A DNA stretch of 20,000 nt. Origin: Veleropilina oligotropha (Eukaryota). The DNA is taken from assembly GCA_048128005.1 (NCBI GenBank), contig JBEUKZ010000041.1:119507-139506 (forward strand), written 5' to 3'. Positions 1 through 9,426 of the stretch are shown piece after piece. The notes below the pieces were generated by a model. The model saw only the letters and a list, made by a program, of their open reading frames with translations, was not told the origin of the DNA and ran no database searches. The number at the start of each line of letters is the position of its first letter. Position 1 is the stretch's first letter. The position numbers and the translations under genes were made by a program.

Positions 1-1
1 C

Positions 2-1933
2 CTCAAGATCCGAGAAGCCATCATCGCATTCAAAAACCAGACCGATGTCTGGCTTCCTCCGGATCGTGACCAGGGCTGCAGCATTATCGGCAAATTCACC
101 CAAGGCGCCAAAGCTGACGGAAAGCGATTGACTCGTAGACTGGTGACCGACCAGGGGGAGCTCGACTTCCTCGTAAGAGACACCCGCCAAAGCGGTACCC
201 TGGTCGTTGCACCGCAAAGGTGCCCTATGGGGCACATCCTCACGTACTATGATGGCTCCCAGCCTCAGTACGCCCACCTGAGGGCCAGCATGTTGGCCTA
301 TGCCCACATAAACCTCTTGAGCATGCTCCAGCGTTTCACCCCTGAAGAGGCTGTCTACGTGGCCACTGACAGCATCTACCCCTAGAAGGCCTCGTTGGAG
401 AAGCTCGACGATGTCAAGGCGTACGTTGCCCCCCTGATCTGCAACTGTGGCGATAAATCGTGCATCTCCTGTCTGCTCGGGGAGACGTACCTTCCGCCAG
501 TAGCACCGGCCCAGTGGCGTGACAAGGGCGAACAGCTGTATATGCCACAGGAACATGCCGCATACCTGCCCAAGCCGGAGTACACGCAGTCCGAGAAGGA
601 CCTCCCGCCAAGCACCGCGCCATGCTACAACGACACGCTGACCCACCATCGCCTGAGTTACCTCAACGGTGGAGGCTGTGGCAAGACTACGAGAGCGATC
701 GAACTATTTCGGGCAAGGAATCCCACTGTATTCACGCCAACCCACCGCCTCGCTAAAGAGATGCGGACCAGGGGTGTCAAAGCCCAGACCTACCACAGCT
801 TCTTCCGATGGAGCGGCCAGACTGACTGGACACCCGACCGCATGGGTCAGAAGTTCATCCCCCGCGTCATTATCTGGGACGAGGTCTGTACTGTTCCCCG
901 GCCTATCCTCGAGATGTTCTTGGACTGGCTGGGCCACCACGAAGTTCAGGTTATCTGCTGTGGCGATCAGGGCCAGCCACCACCGATTACGGGCGAGATG
1001 CCGCACGATTGGCTGCGAAGGACGGCGGACCACTATGAAGAGATCGAAGTAGACTACAGGGCGAAAGACGACCCTACCCTCCAAGCCCTGAAAAGACGGA
1101 TACGTCTCCAGCCCGACAAAGTCCAATGCGAGGAAATGCGTAAGACCCTCCCTAGCTGCCTTGGATGGGATCGGTTCGTCAACACCTGGAAGCCAGGCGA
1201 CCTAATCCTGACCAGCCGTCAGAAGGTCCGCGAACGGGCTCAACAGCTGTTGCTCCAGAGGCACAAGGAGCACTTCCCAGACTCCCTGGTACCTATCCTG
1301 TACCACCCCAGGGACACCCATAAGCAAAACATCATGGTAACGATTCCGGGCACCGACGAAAGAGAGGAGCTAGTTCTCAACGACGTCGTAGAGGTCACCA
1401 TTGACGCCGCTGAGAGGGCTATTCAGACCACGGATTGGCGCCTGGGCTATGCTCTCACCATCCATTCGAGCCAGGGTCTTACGATTCACGACCCGCAGAT
1501 GGTCTGGATCATCGATGACTACCTTCAGTGGAGTAATATCGCCTACCTAGCCGTGTCCCGGGTGGAGCATCTGCATCAGCTCGAACGGGTAACCTGTCCT
1601 CCGGATGAGGGTGCTGAGGACAGGCCGCCCCAAACCGAGCAGCAGGTTCGAAAAACCATCCAGAAAAAGCTCATGGCGTACAAACGCCAGGACCAGGCCA
1701 AGGATCTCCAGGGATTTAACCTCAAGGTCGATAACATCCTGCAGCTCAAAGACGCCCAAAACAACCTCTGCGCAGCATGCAACATAGAGCTGCTCTGGGC
1801 CTACCAGCCCAAAGACACACAGCAGTTCAGTGTCGACCGTGTGGACAACAGCAGGGGCCACACCCGCGACAACGTGCGCTTAACGTGCCTTGAATGTAAC
1901 CGAAAAAGAGGATTTGCGGTTGTTAACGCCTGA
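2..1933 (+). pseudogene. Replication polyprotein (5' truncated by window): divergent family-B polymerase-like C-terminal region + small Cys motif + SF1B (Pif1/RecD-like) helicase + C-terminal HNH-type nuclease; one in-frame TAG at 383-385
   Basis: The frame is open from base 2 to 382 and continues in the same frame into ORF 395-1933. PolB-like motifs: SIIGKF and YVATDSIY. Helicase motifs: GGGCGKTT, FTPTHRLA, TYHSFF, IIWDE, GDQGQPPP, YALTIHSSQGLT, YLAVSR. Nuclease: CAAC...SVDRVDNSRGHTRDNVRLTCLECN. The helicase call is strong, the polymerase call weaker. Confidence 0.75.
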
Positions 1934-2927
1934 GAACCGGTGGCAGCTGGGTGTCACGAGGCACCACGAGAAGTTCCTCACGAACAAACCCACGCGGTGG
2001 TCCATCGAGCAAGTAGTAGAGCACAGGCTCGTCAGGCTTAGTGACGGAGCGTCCAAGCCTGTGAACCGTCAAAGACCACACCGGGTCAGTCGCTCGCCGG
2101 CGACCACCCTCCAACTCACCGGGTTGGTATAGGTAGCGAACATCTACGTCAGAGGGGAGTTTCAGTTCCTTCCCCTGTCGGTCTGGAACAGTGGAAGAGG
2201 GCTTTTGGGCAACGCGAGGTGCCTTGATGGCGTCCTTGGGCTTTTTACCGGTGAGGCGGGTCACTTCCCCATTCAAGGCCGCAACAACGGCGGGCAGCCG
2301 GGCGACCCACTCAGTCGACCTTTGACCCTCTTTCGCAGACTCTGCAAACCGCATCTCTGTTGCATACTGGTGCCCGAAGAGCCACTCATCGAGCGTCCGG
2401 TTGAAGCGCTCCACGATCCCTTGATCGCGATGGAGATCCACACGGCCACGCCTAACCTCGACGTTATTCTTTGCCAGCAGCTGGGAAACCGTACCCATAA
2501 ACTCTCGCCCTGGATCAACCTGAAGCAATTTCGGCCAGCTAAGAGGACTCCGCCTGTAGATTCGAGACAGAGCTTCAGCAACCCCTTTGGCCTCTTTTGT
2601 GGCCAGAGGCTCAGCTTCTTTAAAGCGACTGGCCACATCGACCACAGTCAAAGCGTACTTGTACGTTGTACGACTGACCTTGTCGTGGGGGAGAAACAGG
2701 AGGTCGGCTTGGTGAACCTCGTTCGGCGTTACGACGTCGAATTTTGGTCTTGGAATCCGCCGTGGCGCAGGTAAATAGATCTGCCATATAGCCTGCCTCT
2801 TAAGCCATGTCCGGGCCTCCACTTCAGACGCCGTGGCAGCCTCAGCTAGTTTCTTTATCGCGGCAATGCCTTTCCAGTAGCCCTTAGGGCTGTAGTATAT
2901 CCTCGCAAGCTTACTATCCATCAGCAA
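1923..2927 (-). CDS. Retroviral-like DDE integrase, Polinton/Maverick type
   Basis: HQADLLFL (D), YALTVVDVASRF, LQVDPGREF (D), QGIVERFNRTL (E). The N-terminal IYYSPKGY segment is typical of Polinton integrases. No LTR-type HHCC finger. Confidence 0.9.
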   Translation of the reverse strand: MLMDSKLARIYYSPKGYWKGIAAIKKLAEAATASEVEARTWLKRQAIWQIYLPAPRRIPRPKFDVVTPNEVHQADLLFLPHDKVSRTTYKYALTVVDVASRFKEAEPLATKEAKGVAEALSRIYRRSPLSWPKLLQVDPGREFMGTVSQLLAKNNVEVRRGRVDLHRDQGIVERFNRTLDEWLFGHQYATEMRFAESAKEGQRSTEWVARLPAVVAALNGEVTRLTGKKPKDAIKAPRVAQKPSSTVPDRQGKELKLPSDVDVRYLYQPGELEGGRRRATDPVWSLTVHRLGRSVTKPDEPVLYYLLDGPPRGFVREELLVVPRDTQLPPVLRR

Positions 2928-3144
2928 TGTATTCCAGTAAACTGATCAGTCTCCAACAGGCTTCAGCTTCCGGAGCCGGTCGCTGCGCAGTCGTCGCCCG
3001 AAGGTTGGTCGGGCCCGAGAGCACCATGACCGCGAACTGCACCATAGTCTTTTCGTCGCGCCGCCAGCAGTCGAGTGACGTAGTACCAAGGCCCACCCCG
3101 CTGACCGCAAGCATGGCGCAGTACAGCTCTTCTGGGAGCCCCAT
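2914..3144 (-). CDS. Small hypothetical protein (reading frame uncertain; alternative 2963-3175)
   Basis: Fills the gap in a tightly packed minus-strand gene run and has a hydrophobic N-terminal segment. No recognisable motif. Confidence 0.35.
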   Translation of the reverse strand: MGLPEELYCAMLAVSGVGLGTTSLDCWRRDEKTMVQFAVMVLSGPTNLRATTAQRPAPEAEACWRLISLLEYIADG

Positions 3145-3186
3145 TATTATACATGCCCACGAAAAAAATGTTCACTATAGAAATAA

Positions 3187-3615
3187 TTAGGCGAGCTTGT
3201 AGGCTACCAACCCGGTCGCCGCCATCCCGAGGATGATGAAGGTGATCTCACGTCCCTTTTGGTCATCGCTCGGCGTGTAGTAGTCGGACAGGGCGGGCTC
3301 AGGGCCACCTCCCAGGCCGGGGTCAAGGTTCTTGCCGGTGATCAATGCATACTCACGGATAGCGGCGTCAACATCCCGGAATGTGCCAACGGCGTGACCC
3401 TGGCGGCGAAGTTCAACGTTCAGCCAGTCGAGACGCTCTGCCCTCTGTTGGGACCATTTAGTCTGAGCAGCGTTGAGCTGCTCTACGGCTTTGTCGTGGC
3501 GTTTACGCTCCGCATCGACACCGGAGCTGCGTAGCTTCGAGACGAGGAAGTTGGATCCGCTGAAGGCGAGGGCGTTGACGAGAGAACCCCCAACCAGCAT
3601 CGCAATGGAAGCCAT
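3187..3615 (-). CDS. Small membrane protein: hydrophobic N-terminus, coiled coil, C-terminal TM
   Basis: MASIAMLVGGSLVNALAF, helical ERKRHDKAVEQLNAAQTKW, terminal ITFIILGMAATGLVAYKL. ATG start, co-oriented with its neighbours. Confidence 0.7.
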   Translation of the reverse strand: MASIAMLVGGSLVNALAFSGSNFLVSKLRSSGVDAERKRHDKAVEQLNAAQTKWSQQRAERLDWLNVELRRQGHAVGTFRDVDAAIREYALITGKNLDPGLGGGPEPALSDYYTPSDDQKGREITFIILGMAATGLVAYKLA

Positions 3616-3645
3616 TGAAATGCTGCGATTATCTAGCAGGTCCCA

Positions 3646-3885
3646 CTACTTCAAAACGTCGGCCGGAATGATGCCTTGCTTGATCAGCATGTCCTTCGTC
3701 GCCATGGCGAGCGCTACGTCGAGGACGACCATCCCGACATCGTAACCCGTGAAGTCCAGCTCGGGGCTCGCCCCCTTGAATACCATCTTGACCAGGCGTG
3801 CGTAGCCAATGGCGAGGCCTGACACTATAGCTGAGTGATATACAGCATTGCCGAGCATTTTTCCATCAGTAATCGGGGTAGTCAT
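3646..3885 (-). CDS. Small hydrophobic protein (two hydrophobic helices)
   Basis: 79 aa ATG-initiated ORF with SAIVSGLAIGY and VGMVVLDVALAMA, spaced 14-30 bp from its neighbours. Confidence 0.65.
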   Translation of the reverse strand: MTTPITDGKMLGNAVYHSAIVSGLAIGYARLVKMVFKGASPELDFTGYDVGMVVLDVALAMATKDMLIKQGIIPADVLK

Positions 3886-3899
3886 GTTTCGTACTGAGA

Positions 3900-4058
3900 C
3901 TATCGCATATGGAACGGGTTGTGCTCATTCTTCAATTCGGTGGTGGTTGGGGTGGGGGGCTGCCTCGCCTGTGCTGGTGGCTGTTGATGTGGTGTGGAGG
4001 AACCACTGCTGCTGCGTTTCCAGACAACAAATAGCAACGCAACCGTACCGGCAGCACC
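3900..4058 (-). pseudogene. 3' part of the membrane-protein gene split by the LTR element
   Basis: AAGTVALLFVVWKR...NPFHMR* joins in frame to 15730-16066 when one 4-bp TSD copy is removed. Confidence 0.8.
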
Positions 4059-5092
4059 TGTTACACCTGTTGCCCAGATCGGACTCCTGGAACTGGCGGA
4101 ACGCCCGACACCGCGCAACAGTGTTAATGGGATCAATGATATATTGTTCTGTAGTCTGGCATATATGTTCGGAGAACAACGCTAGGAGGTTACTGGTTTC
4201 CATCATTCGTGTCGTCTAGTGTTCTATAGAGTATCTACAGTTCGCTGGCTTTAAAGCCATTTCCAGCCAACTGTATACTCGTAACTCAAGTTTCTGTCTC
4301 TACTCAGTAGCCGGCTCGGGTCATTCCGACATCTAGGACCGTTGTGCTATCCATGACGGAATGCGGTGGTATAGGATAATATCCCTGTGACAAGACACTA
4401 TCCGCTGGAGTCGCTACTTTTACATCTCGCTACAGCATCACAAGGCATTTGTAAGTTCGGACAATTCATTTATATCTGTCCTCGACATAGTTCAAATTAC
4501 ATAGTATACTTCCATGTCGATACAATCAATAGTAGCGTAGATATAAGTTCTAACTAAACATATTTATATATGTACAAATGAGCCTCGCACAGTTATACGT
4601 GCACCCTAGATGTTGACTAGGTAAAGACTGCCGCTGTCGGCCGCGCACAGGCACCAAACCCACTTCCCCGACCCTCGTCTCAACCAATCGGATCTCGTGC
4701 TTTTGGTTTCGCCCAGCTATTCTCGTACATTAAATCATCTGCAATACACGCATTTGACATGGAATGACGAATCGACCATCTGTCTCATAACCACAGAATA
4801 CGGGCGTCATTCCTTGTGAACTCGGAACTAAACATCATTAATCTCTTTCAGTTATATCAATATGTCAGAATTACGTGACGTCAACAGCTACTATCAGGCA
4901 ACTAGATGTCATTACAATATACACACAATTATCTTAGATCACAGGTCAAGATTAATCATTGCTGGCAGGATTGCTCGGTGCGATGTCATTAGTGCTTTGA
5001 CTCATAGTAAAAACATATACGCAATAGTACAATAGTAATTAACTATAATAAAGATCTACTCATTAAGTGCATTTAGGCATCATATTGTAACA
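4059..5092 (-). repeat. 3' LTR (1034 bp)
   Basis: 4068-5092 aligns without gaps to 14705-15729 (offset 10637) with about 4 substitutions seen by eye. TGTTACA/TGTAACA inverted termini. Confidence 0.95.
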
Positions 5093-5103
5093 GACCTCCC
5101 ATA
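5093..5103 (-). other. Short polypurine tract
   Basis: Minus strand ATGGGAGGTC lies directly before the TGTTACA start of the 3' LTR. Confidence 0.5.
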
Positions 5104-5717
5104 ATTAGAGGAATATTAATTCGATTAAGATTTCCAATTAGTCAGTCAATATTATCAATACTCAAAACACACTTCAACAATAATTAAAAACATACACAAT
5201 ATAATAAAGCATGCACAATATACTCGTGCCCAATATGGCACCCTTATTAAATGTCTTAACATTTAAACACTTCAATTTAAAATTGAAGGATCGACATCAG
5301 GCCCCTCGCCTGAGTCCTGCTTCCGAACTCGATCGCGCACGCAAAGATCATCCTCGCAAGGCTCTGCCATATTGTCCGGGTTACACACAATAAGACGACT
5401 AAGCGGTAGTGCAATGTTCGCGATCACACTAGTAATCCATAGTCGTCGTTCGCACGAAGATCGAACCACCCGAGACGCTATAGGAACCTGTAAGAAAAGA
5501 TCAAAGCAGCAATATCGTGTTCGTGAAATATCCGTAGATACTTCCCGTAAAGTGATGCTTCCAACAACACCAGTATATATTTGCTTAATTAATACAATGC
5601 CACTTTAAGACATTAAAAGTTTATGTTAAATAAAGTTATACAGTCATGACAACAATAGTGCACTTTTACTTTACAAGTTACTTTCACTTCTAGTAACAAA
5701 TACGCGTTTTACTTTTA

Positions 5718-5834
5718 ACTTCTTATTCAAGGTTTTACGAAAACCACAGCTTCTCATTTAAGGTTTTACTAAAACCACAGTTTCTCAATTACTTCTTATG
5801 CAAGGTTTACCAAAACCACTGCTTCTCAATTACT
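5718..5834. repeat. Three imperfect ~32-43 bp direct repeats, each with a GGTTT(T)-N3-AAAACC inverted core
   Basis: aaggttttacgaaaaccacagcttctca / aaggttttactaaaaccacagtttctca / aaggtttaccaaaaccactgcttctca. Confidence 0.85.
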
Positions 5835-7846
5835 AAGTGTTCAGCCCTCCCGGCCGAAAAACATTTATCTTGTTTGCTAACACACGAGCCACTATTGTAT
5901 GATCAGGCGTTATCGACTCATTTACACCGAGTTCGATACTTTGCGGATTATTGGTTTCGTTGGTATCATGTGTTTCATTGGTTTCGTGTGTCTCGTCTGC
6001 CATTACACCTGACTTCATGCTTATTAAGTTTAAGGCCGCTGAATATCGCTTTTTACATCGTGCCCTACATCTATACATTATACATCCCATTACAATTATT
6101 ATTAGCAGGGTTCCAGTCCCCATCGAAACCGTATCCATAAATGTGAACGCTCCCGTGGAACTTATGTGCTGTATGCCTTTCAATTCAGAAATGATACTTT
6201 CTAAAGGCACTGTTTTCATATCCACTAACTTTTTCGGAATTTCAAACTGCGTGATATTTGTAAACGCAACTTTGAATTTATGCCAAATGTGAAACGCGCT
6301 CGTATTTCTCAACACTAACAGCTCTCTATACGAATCTTTAACCGTGAACTCTTCCTCTCGTTGGAAGTATGAGGATAACGTCATTTGTGAACTATACGCA
6401 ACACATTCTGGTTTTAAGCGTATTACATCAAGTGGGGATCGAATCACAAGGTCGCTGGTCTTTTCCTGTTTGTCTCTCTTACAAACCACCGAAAACTTTA
6501 AAGAATTCATTGAGGACACAATCCAAATCCCATCATGTACGTTCACGGCCATCGGTAAATGCATATTAAACGCAACCTTGGCGCTACAGGTAGTATTAAT
6601 CAATGATTTCTGATTCAAAAATAAAGCCATAACACACAATGAATGCGCATTGACAGAGTACATCGGACTCTGAAATTGACAAAATTTCGTAAGGCTAGAC
6701 TTGCACGCATCCATTTCGCGCTCGTTCAACAGAGCGTAACTTGTGCGTTCTGCATTAATCGCTATAAAGTCCGACTCCAACTCATAAGAGGCTAACATCC
6801 TGGTCCGAATGCTCGGTCTCCTATCATTGGGTTGCATAACAAACGGCATGTTCAGTATTTTATAGATTTCGAATTGCCCTTTTGCATCTAGCAACGGCAA
6901 AGAAATAATAACTATTACTCTCTCGTCACCCATCATTGAAGCGCATGTCAGAAACCTGTAATAATCCCATAACTCCCCAACAGGATCTTTAGGTAACTTC
7001 AAGTGTGACGGTAATTTCGACTTAATTTCCAAAATAATTTGTTTTAAACTCTCTGGGGTCACTATGCCCGGTGACAAATGACCCAAAGACAACATGTCAA
7101 GCTGTCCTGTCAATTGTTCCATATACATGACTCCCTTTTGCGTCATTTGTTTCAACTCATCAATTATCAAGTCAAGTCGCAAATACAGTTCTAGAAACTT
7201 TCCTAGACTGTTCAATCACTTGTCAAGCGACTGTGTCACTTCAGTCAAATGTCCACTTAATTTTTCCACAGAATTTATCAATTCATTGATACTCTGTCTG
7301 TTTTCTGCTACATTCCGTCGAGTCAGATTTAACACAGAGATGCTCTCGTCAAACGCATGTATGACTGTCTCCTGTCCCTTACTCAACGTCAGTATTTGTC
7401 CTTTAATACGTTCAATATCCGAATCGGTTACTGTTCCAAAAAGAAAATGTAAAGCCTTACCTATTATAGGTATTAATGAACGTTTATGTTTCCTTCTTAA
7501 GGTATTGTAATCAGCAAAGCTATTCAGCAATACATTCCTTGTATCTGTTAACGACACTATGTCGTTTTTCATTGCTACAAAATCATTTCTAAAACCATCA
7601 AATTGTTCCTCCACCACGGGTCTCAAGATTTCATCAGCTAACTTGCCAGCTGCAATTATATCCGCGTTCAACCTGTCTACAAAACGTTCAAACGGTTCGA
7701 AATCAATTACAAAGGTAACTAACCACTGCGCTCTCGTTGTAGACACTTCCGTTATCTTGTGGAACACTACGTTTTCTCTAACAATCAATCCACTTGTTAC
7801 AGCCAATAAACCTAGCAAGAAGACCACACGAAACCCTTCCATTTGC
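5833..7846 (-). pseudogene. env: Envelope glycoprotein, class I fusion protein of baculovirus-F/errantivirus type; one in-frame TGA at 7216-7218
   Basis: Signal peptide FRVVFLLGLLAVTSG, furin site RRKHKR followed by fusion peptide SLIPIIGKALHFLFGTVTDSD, heptad region, Cys-rich ectodomain with N-glycosylation sequons, TM GTLLIIIVMGCIMY. ORFs 7216-7863 and 5833-7215 are contiguous in one frame. Confidence 0.92.
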
Positions 7847-7870
7847 CTACAAAACATAAACAAAACACAC
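7847..7870 (-). promoter_or_regulatory. Putative env splice acceptor
   Basis: Minus strand gtgtgttttgtttatgttttgtAG|GCAAATGG, 4 nt upstream of an in-frame ATG at 7842. Confidence 0.7.
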
Positions 7871-9426
7871 CAATAATCGCAATTTTATTCATCGTTTCGC
7901 CTATTCTCTATTTCCTCTTATTTATTCTCATCAGGTACCTCTTAATTATTCTCATTTTATTCTCCTTTTGGCCTATGGCCCACTTATTTCTCCTTATCTC
8001 TCCTTATTCATAATTCATGTCTCCAGTAAGTTCTATTTATTGTCTGCGATCGCGCCACTGACCCTACTTCCGACCTTTCTTCACATTTTGACACTGATAC
8101 CATATTACTAGCAAGCTGGCTGTTTTTGCTCCTCACTACTGAGGTAACTCTACCGCTATCAGTGTCAATCACTGACACTCCACTGGCTGATACCCTCAGC
8201 TTCTAAAACGGCACGCGGCTACGGTACTCATTGACCGCCCGACCAAGGAACAGACTGGTTTTACGATCATAACTCGACCGTTTTATGTGGAGGAATATGA
8301 AGATTTATTTACTTCAGCTCTCCACACTTACATGGCTCCTTAATTAGGTATTCTGGCACTAGACGTCCCTAATTCTACTTTCTTGTTAACCTTGTGGTGT
8401 TATATTATTACTTTAATGTATGTGTTGATTTATATGTAGTCAATTCTATGACTCTATTAAACTACTTTAGTGTATTTATATCGGACGTCTGTACCGCCAT
8501 ATAATAAATTAACTTTTCCAGGGAGATAAACGATGATGGGGAGACGAAGATGATACCATGTGGGAGAAAAATCCCAAAGATACCTTAACCACGTCCTCCA
8601 GGTAACGACTGTCGTGTGCTACCGCACGCGGGAGAAAAACCCATCCACCACGGGTTTCAATAAGACGTACCGAGTTGACGATATCATGTGGGAGAAAGGA
8701 AAAAAAACGTTGCGACCAGCAACCATCCCCTCCCCTGAAGAAAGAAACCTGACACGGATGGTGTCAAGTTGCACACGAAGACGAGACAAGTGCCCTGCAC
8801 CATTCTGTCTTCATTGGGAACCAGTCCATTGCCGACGTGCCCGTACCCGTACATGACTTAACATTTACTCTAAATGTAAAGCGGCCAGCCAGCCTACCAC
8901 AAAGGTCGTTAATACTACTAATCAAAGCCACGAGGGCGCGACAACAGGCAACCATTAAATGTACTCCTAGGAGTAGTCGACCGCGAAGCGAACCATGAAC
9001 AAACCACCGCGTACTAGCTCTAACCGAAGAACACCCACCACAGACCATCCAACGTGTGACTATAAGAGTCAGAAAGTGAGACCAAAAATCAATTTGATCA
9101 AACAACTGGGAAGCTCGTTAAGCCGACCGAACCCCTCGAGCGGCCCAGCCGTCCCAACCGCCGCGTGGCCCCAGCCAACAATTACGTCATACGCCAACCG
9201 ACCAATCAAGGCAAGCCAGCTCACATCAGACAACCCGTCCCAACACTCCACGGTAGAAATCACACTAAACACAATAATCACCTCACTGTCAACTCCCTCC
9301 CAGCTACATTACCACTTCTATTTAATATGTCACTTACTGTTAAGCCGTATTATTCGTTAGGTCAAACCAATCATCACTTCTATTTCCTATAATTCACTTA
9401 TTGAAATTGTGTTCCAGAGCCTGCAG

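Noticed and set aside
395..1933. Helitron RepHel
   Set aside because: The helicase is Pif1-like, but no HUH Rep motifs are visible and the context is integrase, ATPase and capsid.
3925..4219. ORFs 3925-4206, 3848-4219, 3994-4185 and the N-terminus of 3900-4136
   Set aside because: They span the LTR junction and are chimeric by-products of the insertion.
5718..5834. CRISPR-like array
   Set aside because: The palindromic repeats are nearly adjacent with no unique spacers, there are no cas genes, and the context is a eukaryotic retroelement.
7216..7218. Programmed readthrough or selenocysteine at the env TGA (likewise pol TAA and the TAG at 383)
   Set aside because: No readthrough context or SECIS is evident, and single substitutions from sense codons explain them.
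8560..9392. ORFs of 70-121 aa in the pol-env spacer as accessory genes
   Set aside because: They are low complexity, overlap on both strands and have no recognisable domain. Kept only as part of the spacer finding.
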